Assembly: GCF_000829235.1 (NCBI RefSeq)
Contig: NZ_AP012549.1
Span: 810,001 to 842,000, forward strand
Direction of reading: 5' to 3'
DNA length: 32,000 nucleotides
DNA from: a cyanobacterium endosymbiont of Epithemia turgida isolate EtSB Lake Yunoko
GTDB taxonomy: Bacteria; Cyanobacteriota; Cyanobacteriia; Cyanobacteriales; Microcystaceae
Below are positions 19,929 through 29,565 of this stretch, in pieces (positions within the stretch are counted from its first letter, which is position 1; each line of letters opens with the position of its first letter). The position numbers and the translations under genes were made by a program. The notes beneath the pieces were generated by a model. That model was not told where the DNA came from and did no database searches. It worked only from the letters and a program-made list of their open reading frames with translations.

Positions 19929-21194
19929 ATGTCCAAAACCGCTAAATTTCATTCCTTCAACGAAACTCCGGACCGTTTGGCAGAGCAAAATGGCAAAAAA
20001 AACACCTCGCCTACTACAATAGGGACAACTGTTTTCTCCAACTCGTCAACTGTATCTTCTATCTCACAACCTCAACCTTTATATCTGTACGAAGTGAAAT
20101 CCTCTAATCCTTGGTTACTTTTGACCGCGGCAGCAATTATGGGACTAGGATTGGGATTTAATATTTCTTGGTTAGGATTTTCGGCGGGAGTTCTTGCTTT
20201 ATTGCTATCTTTACAAATTATTTTGCCGTCGATCCGAGATTGGGTGATTCAATATTTAACTCGCCAAGAACGTGACACTTTGCTCGGATTTTTGGTGTTT
20301 ATCCTGGCGATCACTGGACTTGCAAAATATGTTGGCTTTTATCAAAAAATTGGAGATTGGCTTAATCAGTTTAAATATGATGAATTTGGCTCTTGGGCTG
20401 AATGGGTAGGGGCATTGGGTCAAATTATGATCGCCTTACTTGCGGTTTATGTCGCCTGGGCTCAGTATGTCATTTCCAAAGATTTAACCATCCAACAAAA
20501 CCGTATTACTCAACAACAAACTATTGATACCTACTTTCAAGGAATCTCCGATCTAGTTCTTAATGAAGAAGGAATGCTTGAAGATTGGCCGCAAGAACGT
20601 TCTATTGCTGAAGGGAGAACGGCAGCTATTCTCAGTAGTGTTGATGAAGTAGGAAAAGCAAAAATTCTGCGTTTTCTGTCCCAATCAAAATTATTAACCC
20701 CCTTGATGCGGGATGGTCGTTTGGGCCGACCTATACTTGATGGTTTTGGAGGATACGCTGAAGATAAAGTTTATGGGGTACGAGTAATTAATTTAGGGGT
20801 GATGTTAGCAGGGACAAATTTATCGGGTCAAGATCTACGCTGGACAGATTTAAGTGAAGCTAATATGGTACGTGCCGATTTAAGTTGGTGCGATCTTGTC
20901 AAAGCCAATTTATCCCGAACTGTTCTTTATGATGCCAACTTAAAGGGGTCAAATCTTAAAGATACTCGTTTGTTTTATGGCTCTGTCGAAACTGCTAGTC
21001 CCCGTTCGCGTAGCTTTCCCCCTAATTACGAAACGGGGGCTTATACAGGGGTTGTCTTGGAGAATTGCAATCTGATGGCAATTCAAAATCTCACTGAAGA
21101 ACAGCGTTATTATTGCTGTGCTTGGGGAGGAGAGAAAACCCGTGCAACTATATCAGGGGGATGTTACGAAATTCCTAACAAATTAGCTCGATAA
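19929..21194 (+). CDS. Membrane-anchored pentapeptide-repeat protein
   Basis: 421 aa. It has about four hydrophobic helices between residues 60 and 180. The C-terminal part has tandem pentapeptide repeats (NLSGQDLRWTDLSEANMVRADLSWCDLVKANLSRTVLYDANLKGSNLKDTRL). Confidence 0.8.
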   Translation: MSKTAKFHSFNETPDRLAEQNGKKNTSPTTIGTTVFSNSSTVSSISQPQPLYLYEVKSSNPWLLLTAAAIMGLGLGFNISWLGFSAGVLALLLSLQIILPSIRDWVIQYLTRQERDTLLGFLVFILAITGLAKYVGFYQKIGDWLNQFKYDEFGSWAEWVGALGQIMIALLAVYVAWAQYVISKDLTIQQNRITQQQTIDTYFQGISDLVLNEEGMLEDWPQERSIAEGRTAAILSSVDEVGKAKILRFLSQSKLLTPLMRDGRLGRPILDGFGGYAEDKVYGVRVINLGVMLAGTNLSGQDLRWTDLSEANMVRADLSWCDLVKANLSRTVLYDANLKGSNLKDTRLFYGSVETASPRSRSFPPNYETGAYTGVVLENCNLMAIQNLTEEQRYYCCAWGGEKTRATISGGCYEIPNKLAR

Positions 21195-22702
21195 ACTACC
21201 CCACTTTCTATGGTTTAATTTGGGGCTTCCAATCGAACTGAGGATTAGGTTTAAGAGATAAGGAATCTTACTCTCTAGTACTCTCACATCTCCTCCGTTA
21301 GACGTAGGAGTAGTTCCTAATTACAATTTTGTAAACATGCCTTTATTTATAATGTTTATCGACGTATTTATGTCTCGGTTATGATTAATCTAGTAATATT
21401 CATCAGTCCAGTTTCTCAAGTAAAGAAGTAAGTTATCAGCATAATTTAGACATATATGACAAGTTTCAGGGTTAGATTACTACACTCTCTTTAAAAAATA
21501 CAGAAAATTTAACTTATTATTATTGATTAAATTTTTAATTAATTTTTTAATTTGACTGACAATTTTACAAATATGCTGCAAAAACTCTTACATTTCAATA
21601 AGTATTCTCAAGTATTTATTGAATTAATGCTCATATGCTAATGTCCATAATCTTTCTGATTACTCTAACTCTGGAGAATAAACTAATAAATATTCTCTAT
21701 TAATTTATAAAAGACTTTTTTCTATTTGCTATTAAACTATCTACTATATTCTTTTGTTAATGTTGTTAGCAAATACTTTGTAGATAGCTCTATGCTTATA
21801 CTTTTAACCAAATATTTGTAAACTGAATTTAGTTGTTTTATATTCACCCTGAAACTTTAATATTTAAAAAAATTTCTAGCTAGTTATTTTACAAATACTA
21901 TTTATATATATGTATCAAAATAGTACTTTAGGTTTTGATTTTTATTAGCTTAAACTTCAATTTATACTCATTAAAATACATGCATGTATTCAATTTATGT
22001 GTGTATGCTTTAAGTCTCTTAATTTTTTTTTAAAAATATTAAAATTTTAAAATACAAAAATCTTTCTTATCTTATGTTTTATTGTTAGACTATGAACAAG
22101 AATATTTAAGTTTTTAAAGTAATTAAATTTTCTGTATTTTTACTATTTTTACACATATTTTTGCCTATTTAAAGAGTTATCCTGGAATTCATTTATACCT
22201 ATTAACCTATTAATTTAGTAATTGTTTGATCAATCAAGAAAGTTATTTTATTTATTCATTTTTCTTCAAAATTTTAACTATTTATTTTTCTAATTTATTA
22301 AATTTATTGAGATTGTTGACCTATATTGATTGTAAAAAGAGATTTTGTTAACAAAATCTCTAAAGTTAAACATGTTTCTTTAGTGGTTAACGATTGATTG
22401 TTTATAATCCTGATAAGATATCTCAAATATTTCTAGTGAATAGGTTTTGATACTGCGACTGTTTAATAAAGCTTCTGGGATTCTTCTGAAGAATATCTCC
22501 AACCGGTTAAGTAAGTGCATCTGAATGAACAATAGAAGAATATTTAGTTATACAAAGGTTTTTATAAAAAAATAACATTGTTTTCTAATCTTTTATTAGA
22601 GGTTTTTTCATCGATAAATAAGCATATATGCTCTAGTATTTTAGATGATTAAGTTATTAGACTCTCATCCTAGTTTAATATTAGCTAATTTTACTCTAGA
22701 TA

Positions 22703-24103
22703 CTAATTTTGCTTAAATAGAAAAACATTATCTTGTTCATAAATAGAAATAAAATTAGAATTTTCTTTTGATTTTTTTACTAAATCAATAACAGTTTTTT
22801 TAGATTTTGGCCAACTCGGATGACGAATATTTAGCAGAATATAGTCAAAATTATTAATATCAATAGATTCCGCCTCTTTAATCCCTAACTTCACTATAGG
22901 ACGATGGGTTAGATGAGGAGCAATTTGAGGAGATGTTAAAACTTTCACCTGAGGAGGGACTAACTTTACTCCTTGTTTCATCGCCAGTAATGTGTCTAAT
23001 TGTTCTAAGTATTTTGAGCCAAAATAACTATATTTAGCTAATACCAAAAAAGTAATTAAGGACCAAATTATAATTTTTGTGCGATATTTTATTGTTTTTT
23101 TTCTGGCTGCTAATGTATAAATATTTGATAACAATAAAAAAGGTAAAATTGGCAGAGAATATTGATGAACTAAATCTTTTTGTGGTTGATAATCAGTTAA
23201 TAAATTTAATCCTAGCTGAGGAATAGCTGCAACCATTGGAGTTAAATGAATGAAAGATAATCCCCAAATCACCGGCAAAACTAATAGAATTAAATATTCA
23301 AGATTAGCTAAAGTAAAGATTTTACTAAAAATAATTCCAGGATTTAAGAAAAGATTTTTTATGATTTCTCCGACAGAATCTCCTAAAAATGAATAACGTC
23401 CCAATGCAGCAACTTTATCTCCACTAAACTGAGGAATAATTACTTGAGTTGTAATCAAAAGCCAAAAAATCCCTAATCCTAACGCCACACTACCACAAAG
23501 ACGTTTTTTTTCAAATAAAAATAACCAAAGTCCCATAGCTGCAACGGTTAAAGACAGCACAGCTTTACAACTCAAAATAATAATAATTGCTAAAAAAAAT
23601 CGCCAAAAATTATTACTTTTGGCTTCTAAAATTGCCCAAAATAAAATAGGTAAAGCTATGACTTCTGAATGAAAATCAAATATGTTGAGATTAAACACTA
23701 AAGGATAAAGTAAATAAACCTCTGATATAGTTAAAGCCCAATTTTTTTGTAGTCCTGATTTTTGTGCTAATCTGTAAAGGGGGACTGTACCAAAGCCAAA
23801 AGCGATTGCTTGGATAGCAAATAACCAATGTATATTGGGATAAATTACATAAAGTAATGCTAAGGGGTAAAGAATAAAAGCAGCATGATCTCCCAGAATG
23901 TGATTATCTACAAAGGAAACTATCGGCGGGTTTCCCCGACTAATTAAAAAAATTGCTTGATCAAACCAACCTAGATCTAAAGCATTCGATTGAAATAAAA
24001 AATGACGTAAACTTGCGCATGCAAAGAGTATTATTGTACTCGTACCAGTAATAATCCAAAGCAAAAAAAAATTACTATCCTTCCCTTTCATTAAGTTAAG
24101 CAT
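22703..24103 (-). CDS. Polytopic membrane protein, DUF2079 family (GT-C-like, function unknown)
   Basis: 466 aa, highly hydrophobic. The pattern is the one I associate with DUF2079: ALDLGWFDQAIFLIS...ILGDHAAFILYPLALLY...DFHSEVIALPILFWAI. Confidence 0.75.
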   Translation of the reverse strand: MLNLMKGKDSNFFLLWIITGTSTIILFACASLRHFLFQSNALDLGWFDQAIFLISRGNPPIVSFVDNHILGDHAAFILYPLALLYVIYPNIHWLFAIQAIAFGFGTVPLYRLAQKSGLQKNWALTISEVYLLYPLVFNLNIFDFHSEVIALPILFWAILEAKSNNFWRFFLAIIIILSCKAVLSLTVAAMGLWLFLFEKKRLCGSVALGLGIFWLLITTQVIIPQFSGDKVAALGRYSFLGDSVGEIIKNLFLNPGIIFSKIFTLANLEYLILLVLPVIWGLSFIHLTPMVAAIPQLGLNLLTDYQPQKDLVHQYSLPILPFLLLSNIYTLAARKKTIKYRTKIIIWSLITFLVLAKYSYFGSKYLEQLDTLLAMKQGVKLVPPQVKVLTSPQIAPHLTHRPIVKLGIKEAESIDINNFDYILLNIRHPSWPKSKKTVIDLVKKSKENSNFISIYEQDNVFLFKQN

Positions 24104-24884
24104 AACCAGAATAAGAATGCTATGTTAGCTTAACTATTTTAGTAAAAAAATACGAAAAAGTTAAATAAAATTAAGTGATAGGGTGGATATAGACTTTGAG
24201 TTATAGTTTCCGACGAAAACGTCGAAAGAGTACTCTGTAGATAGAATATAATCTTACAGTTACTTTTGGTCAGCATTGTTTATGTTTAACCACTTTTTTG
24301 TTCCGCTTGACTACTAAATACATTCCGAACTGCTTTTAAATTAGTGAGAATGGAGAACTCATATGACAGATATTTTAGAGACAACAACTGAGGCTAACTG
24401 AGACTTGACTGAATAAGATGATAACTCGGTTAGCATAAAATAACGCTTGAGAAAGAGTAGTAAGTAGATAAGATTAAATAAGTGTAAAATAAAAAAGTAG
24501 TTAAAAAAGGATAATCATTAAATACTAGCCTCCCTAAAAATTCAATTAGCAGAATTATCAAGAGCAATAGTTCAAGCAAAATAGTTACAAGGAAAAAAAA
24601 TTATAATAACATATTGGTTTGATTTAAACATTTATTAATAATACTAAAACTTATAGTAAATCTTAAGTATCTTTAGTCGCTTTACTAAGAGCATTACGTC
24701 ATTTCCACTTAGAGGTTGTGATTACTTACGCTATAATCAAGCTATAAAAAAATACAATTAATCTCTTAAAAAATTATCTAATTTTATGGGGGTAAAAATC
24801 TAAACTTTTAAATCAAAATTTTTCTTTTAAACTAAAGAAAGCTAAATTTACAAAAATGTAATATTGTTGACAATCATCAATTAT

Positions 24885-26165
24885 TTATGCGACCCAAAGA
24901 TGTTGTGCGAAACGAATTGAAAAACTGACTAACAAAACAGTACAGAAGCCAAGCATAGCATATCCCCAACGGGGATAATTTGAGAGTAATACTCCTAAAC
25001 CTAGTCCTAGAGAAATAATCCCATAAGCCAAACGACTCAAAGAGATAGTACCACCAGATACTAATAACAATCCAAAAGCCGAAAAACCATAAGTAACTAC
25101 AATAAAACTGAGCTGATTTCGTAAGTGCCATAGTAAATAAATCCCACCTAAAACAGATATTGTATTTAGCAAAGGATCACCAATTAATAACCATAATAAA
25201 AATAGTAATCCACAACAACTATAATCAAAAAAAGTTGATCCTAGACAATCGCGATAATGCCATAAGCCATAAGCAATGACACTCATTAGGAATAATAAAA
25301 AAGGATGCAATAGATCCCATAAATTCTCATAATGCCACTGATTTCTTCCTGTGGCAATTTCAACCAACATAGTTCCCCATCCTTGCCAATCAATACCACG
25401 ACTACGGTTCCATTCGGTGTGCTGAACGGTAATAAATGCCAAAGGATCATTAAACTGCACCCAGCAATAGCCACTATACAGTAAAACTCCTAACGCACTA
25501 CCAAAACTTGTTACATAAGCAGTAACGGGGACGCGCTTATACCATGCTGTGAGAAAAAAGGCGGGAATTAAAGCTAATCCTGTAATGCGGGTTGCGGTTG
25601 CCAACATTCCCCATACTGCAGCTTGTAGGTAAGACTGGCGATCAAAAGCCCACAAAGAAGCGGTGCTTAAAAATAGAAATAGTCCTTCAGTATAGACAAC
25701 TGCAGTAAATAATGAGAGTGGACACCAAGCTAAAATAGTCGTTGTCCACTGTGCCGTCTTAATTCCATTTGTCCTTTTCACCCAATAAAAAACAATAAAT
25801 AAAGTTCCTAAAAAGGCTAAATTATTGATCAATGTTCCCGCCACTTCTGCTGATAATCCTAACCTCATTACAATCCTGATGGTTAAGGGAAAAAAAGGAA
25901 AAAAAGCTACGTTAGCTCCCGGTGTAGTGCCGATGCCATCATAATTGGCTGTAGCAATTTCTTGATAGAAATTGCTATCCCAAGCCGAAAAAACCCCCCA
26001 ACCCCATTCCGTCTTAATTCCACCAGTAGGAGCTTCAAGTAACGGGGCAATCCCTAACATCCCTACAAGAATTAATCCTCGACTTAATAACCAAATACCG
26101 ACAATAAACCATAAGGGTTGCCAGAAAAATTTTCCTAACTTCTGAATACTGACTCTTAGCTTCAT
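24885..26165 (-). CDS. Polytopic membrane glycosyltransferase-like protein (PIG-V / GT-C-type mannosyltransferase-like)
   Basis: 426 aa with about 10 or more TM segments. The motif SAWDSNFYQEIATANYDG....VAFFPFFPLTIR resembles bacterial PIG-V-like / DUF2029-type glycosyltransferases. The assignment is from memory of family motifs. Confidence 0.55.
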   Translation of the reverse strand: MKLRVSIQKLGKFFWQPLWFIVGIWLLSRGLILVGMLGIAPLLEAPTGGIKTEWGWGVFSAWDSNFYQEIATANYDGIGTTPGANVAFFPFFPLTIRIVMRLGLSAEVAGTLINNLAFLGTLFIVFYWVKRTNGIKTAQWTTTILAWCPLSLFTAVVYTEGLFLFLSTASLWAFDRQSYLQAAVWGMLATATRITGLALIPAFFLTAWYKRVPVTAYVTSFGSALGVLLYSGYCWVQFNDPLAFITVQHTEWNRSRGIDWQGWGTMLVEIATGRNQWHYENLWDLLHPFLLFLMSVIAYGLWHYRDCLGSTFFDYSCCGLLFLLWLLIGDPLLNTISVLGGIYLLWHLRNQLSFIVVTYGFSAFGLLLVSGGTISLSRLAYGIISLGLGLGVLLSNYPRWGYAMLGFCTVLLVSFSIRFAQHLWVA

Positions 26166-27149
26166 CTTTATCTTAATTGGAGACTCCTAGGAGAGTTGCT
26201 AAATCAATGTGGATCTTAAACTCTGCAATCTTTCTTTGATAAATGGTAAAAACGTGGACGTATTTGTCTTAAAGGAATTTAGCCTTGAACTGTCGTTTCT
26301 CCTTACTTAATAAAGAACTTAGAAAGCTGCAATTTTTTTCTTCCGCGACTTTGCAGAGTTGTTTGACGATTACTAAGTTTTTTGATTTATTCATTATCTT
26401 GACTACTTCGCCGTCTTTCAATTTAGCCAACTTTAGACTGAAAAAATATCTTGGTTACTCATTTATTATCACAGATGTTGATAATAAACAAATTATTCAA
26501 ATCAATCAACTTGGAAAAAAATAAACTGCTAATTTAGATTAATTTATAACTTCTGAAATACGATTAGTGATTTTATGTTAGTTTTAAAGAAATCTCAAAT
26601 ATATTTTTACAATAGGGTAACCCTTAAGAAAAATTATTTTGAGGAGAAAATAGACAATCTAAAGCTTACCAATATTTTTTTAAATTAGATAAATTTTGGG
26701 TTACAATCTCTTTGTGTAAATTACACTACAATCGTACTCTTGAAACATAATAACAGCCTATCGTTCTACCTATAAACAAGTAATTTTTAAATTCACAGCC
26801 TTATATTAAGGCGGTTTACTCAAACTAATTATTAGTTCAGATTAAGGAAGGCTAGAGACAGATATTAAGGTATTAATTCTCGGAATCAAGTTTTGAGGTT
26901 TTTTAGGACAGCACTATGTTCATAAGTTTTTTTAGCTTTATATAAAAATAGGGTACTGATCAACTAACTTTAGGTTATAACCATTAATTGGAATCACTTC
27001 TATCTTGTTACTAAATAAAAAAGATAATTGAAACAGTCATAATATAATTATACCTCATCGAGTCTTATTAAAATCTAGCTTATTTACGTAACAATTCGTT
27101 AATGATCATATCTGTTTGAGATTTTCTCTCAAAGACTGTCCCGACTTTA

Positions 27150-27895
27150 AATTTTTAAAATTGAACTTTTGCAAAATGATATCATTATTCTGATAAAAGA
27201 ATATAATCTACTTAAATCGTCAATTTTGGGATTTGTTTGAGGTAAAATTCAACAAAATCTTTTAAAGTTGGATTCTCTTGTGTATTTGTAATATTAACAT
27301 AAACAAATAAAGGTCGCGACAAGGGCTCAGGTTTGTTCTTCTCTATAGTTTCAGTTGAAATAAACACTCGCTTTTGCCATTGATAATGGCAAAAGCAAGT
27401 GTTTATTTTGGTTCTATTGCTTCACCCATGATCGTTTCTGTAAGATGATTATAGGTTCTCGAGCTTTTAGCTCTTATATTTGTCTTAACTGACTCACTTT
27501 CAGGAAATATATCCAAGTATTTTGGATATTTGCCACGACTGTGATCACATAAAAAGCAATAGGAAGCTCAATACAACAAACTGTGTTGTCATTACAAAAA
27601 TTCATTTATACAGAAGAAATGGGACGAGAGGTTACATTGATGTCTATTTTCCCTCTACAAAATTTTCTAAATCCTCCTCTTGTTCCTGACAAATTGTTTT
27701 CTATGCTCAAATCTTTAACTCGTTTATGGACAAGTTATTTTTTATAAATTTATAACACTACTTAGGTCATCACAAATACCGCACTTAAACCATCTATTTT
27801 GATGGAATGAACATCATTAGAGATCACTTGACTACAAGCTAGTATAACTACTATGGCTGTGATGACAATGGTTGCCTTTTTAATATATAAAGGAT
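27150..27895 (-). pseudogene. Pseudogene of a second periplasmic phosphate-binding lipoprotein (SphX / PstS-family, PBP-like_2)
   Basis: Minus-strand reading gives KKATIVITAIVVILACSQ (signal peptide plus lipobox, Cys codon at 27834-27836) and IKIDGLSAVFVMT*. It continues SGTRGGFRKFCRGKIDINVTSRPISSV* (27689-27606), CCIELPIAFYVITVVANIQNTWIYFLKVSQLRQI* and PEPLSRPLFVYVNITNTQENPTLKDFVEFYLKQIPKLTI*. These match the family blocks SGTGGGF.KFC, ASRPI, ELPVA.DG.TVVVNP.N.W, LT..EL..IW and YPLSRPLFIYV..V.AFV.FYL. The start codon is lost, there are at least 5 stops, and there is an internal deletion. Confidence 0.8.
27358..27408. repeat. Long palindrome: 24-nt arms with one mismatch and a 3-nt loop
   Basis: aaataaacactcgcttttgccatt gat aatggcaaaagcaagtgtttattt. 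It lies inside the SphX-like pseudogene, at the point where the middle of the gene is missing. Confidence 0.95.
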
Positions 27896-28160
27896 CATTA
27901 AAATATATAAACTTTGTAGATCATCTTACAATTTATTTTCTATCAAAAATACAGTGACTATATACGTTATTTCATTATGGTTGTTAAACAATTTTTAGCA
28001 ATCTAAACTTAAATCAAAGTCAATTTAAGAGTTCAAGCTTTACCTTACAAAATTACACCATAATCCTAAAAGTTAAGAGCTAATTTAAAAATGAATAAAT
28101 CCTGAAGATTTATCTATTTTTCTCAAATAGTTCATCAAACCTAGACTAAGAACTATATTT

Positions 28161-28193
28161 CTTAACCTATTGTTTACCCAAATTCGTTAACTT
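28161..28193 (+). promoter_or_regulatory. Candidate Pho box (SphR/PhoB-type direct repeats) upstream of pstS
   Basis: CTTAACCT att GTTTACCC aaattc GTTAACTT lies 50-80 nt upstream of the pstS ATG. As I recall, the cyanobacterial Pho-box unit is PyTTAAPyPy(T/A) repeated at about 11-bp phasing. Repeats 1 and 2 are 11 bp apart and repeat 3 is offset by 14 bp. The motif is degenerate and the DNA is AT-rich, so chance is a real alternative. Confidence 0.3.
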
Positions 28194-28243
28194 CTGTGTG
28201 AATGTTCATTGTGTAAGTAACTCAATTTACAAAACACCCAAAT

Positions 28244-29404
28244 ATGTTAAACTTTTTCAAACTCGAACAACGTCCTTTTCGTTTAATATCTTCCCTATCA
28301 ATACTGGCATTAATAGTAAGTTTAGGGGCTTGTGGTGGCACTACTTATGATGATAGCTCTATCGAGAGAACGGCTACTAACATAAACAAACCTCCATTAG
28401 AAGGTAAGGTCATTCTGACTGGTGCAGGGGCATCTTTTCCCGCACCTCTCTACCAAAACTGGTTTGTTCAACTTAATAGTGCAATTCCTGAGCTTCAAGT
28501 TAACTATCAGTCTATAGGTAGTGGGGCAGGGGTAGAACAATTTACCATCGGGACGGTAGACTTTGGTGCTAGTGATGTAGCCATGAAAGATGAAGAAATC
28601 GCAAAAGTTTCTAGAGGGGTGATATTGCTCCCTATGACTGCCGGAAGTATTGTAATAGCTTATAATCTTTCTGGGGTTCAAGGGCTGAAATTGTCTCGGG
28701 AAGCCTATGTAGGAATCATGCAAGGCAGTATCACTAACTGGAGTGACCCCAAAATTGTTGAAGCTAACCCTGATTTAAGCTTACCTAATCAACCAATTAC
28801 CGTCGTTCACCGTTCTGATGGTAGTGGAACCACTGAAGTCTTCACCAAGCATCTGAGTGCGATTAGTTCAGAATGGGAAACTATGATTGGCCAAGGAAAA
28901 AGTGTAGAATGGCCTACCACTAAAGGAAGATTTATCGGTAGCAAAGGAAATGAAGGGGTAACTGCCACTATTCAACAAAATGAAGGAGCTATCGGCTACA
29001 TTGAGTATGGCTATGCGAAGAATAATGGGTTAACCATGGCAGCCTTAGAAAATTTATCAGGGAACTATATAGAGCCTAGTGACGAGTCAGCCGAACACAC
29101 CTTAGATGCGGTTACTCTTCCTGAAAACTTACGAGTTTTTATCACCGACCCTAAAGGAGATCAATCCTATCCCATTGTGACCTATACTTGGATACTGGCT
29201 TACAAGCAATATGACGATCCCCAAAAAGCTATCGCTATGGAGGCCATGATTGAACATGCGTTAAACTATGGACAAGAAGCTAGTAAGGAACTAGGTTATG
29301 TTGCTTTGCCTCCTAGTATCAAAAAGAAAATAGCCGCTGCTGCTGATGTAATTAGCCCAGACTACACTATTAAGGTCAAACAAACAGACAATTTTCTAGA
29401 TTGA
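28244..29404 (+). CDS. pstS: Phosphate ABC transporter substrate-binding lipoprotein PstS
   Basis: 386 aa. It has a signal peptide with a lipobox (LIVSLGACGG) and PstS motifs (GAGASFPAPLYQNW, YQSIGSGAGVEQF, VVHRSDGSGTT, GAIGYIEYGYA). It is followed by pstCAB. Confidence 0.95.
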   Translation: MLNFFKLEQRPFRLISSLSILALIVSLGACGGTTYDDSSIERTATNINKPPLEGKVILTGAGASFPAPLYQNWFVQLNSAIPELQVNYQSIGSGAGVEQFTIGTVDFGASDVAMKDEEIAKVSRGVILLPMTAGSIVIAYNLSGVQGLKLSREAYVGIMQGSITNWSDPKIVEANPDLSLPNQPITVVHRSDGSGTTEVFTKHLSAISSEWETMIGQGKSVEWPTTKGRFIGSKGNEGVTATIQQNEGAIGYIEYGYAKNNGLTMAALENLSGNYIEPSDESAEHTLDAVTLPENLRVFITDPKGDQSYPIVTYTWILAYKQYDDPQKAIAMEAMIEHALNYGQEASKELGYVALPPSIKKKIAAAADVISPDYTIKVKQTDNFLD

Positions 29405-29472
29405 TGTCCTAAACATTGGCTGGATTAAATCACTTATAAATTTTTCCTAGTCCTTTCTAAAAAAATAAACAA

Positions 29473-29565
29473 CCTGAGTTCAGGGATATTTCGACGCAAA
29501 AATTAGAAATAGGGACTTCTGATTGCTGCAAATTGTCCGTAAGCTTGACTTATGCTGAACTCAGG
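29473..29565. mobile_element. 93-bp MITE-like element: 11-bp perfect terminal inverted repeats flanked by a 7-bp direct duplication
   Basis: The left end CCTGAGTTCAG (29473-29483) and the right end CTGAACTCAGG (29555-29565) are exact reverse complements. TAAACAA lies immediately outside both ends (29466-29472 and 29566-29572). It has no coding capacity. Only one copy is present in this window. Confidence 0.5.

Noticed and set aside
24877-25474. Minus-strand ORFs 24877-25131 and 25286-25474
   Set aside because: They are alternative frames nested in the 426-aa membrane-protein gene. The long frame has consistent TM-helix periodicity and the nested ones do not.
26285-26524. 79-aa plus-strand ORF
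   Set aside because: It is AT-rich low-complexity sequence, antisense to a more protein-like (though broken) minus-strand frame at 26173-26454.
28397-28723. 108-aa minus-strand ORF
   Set aside because: It is antisense to the conserved core of pstS.
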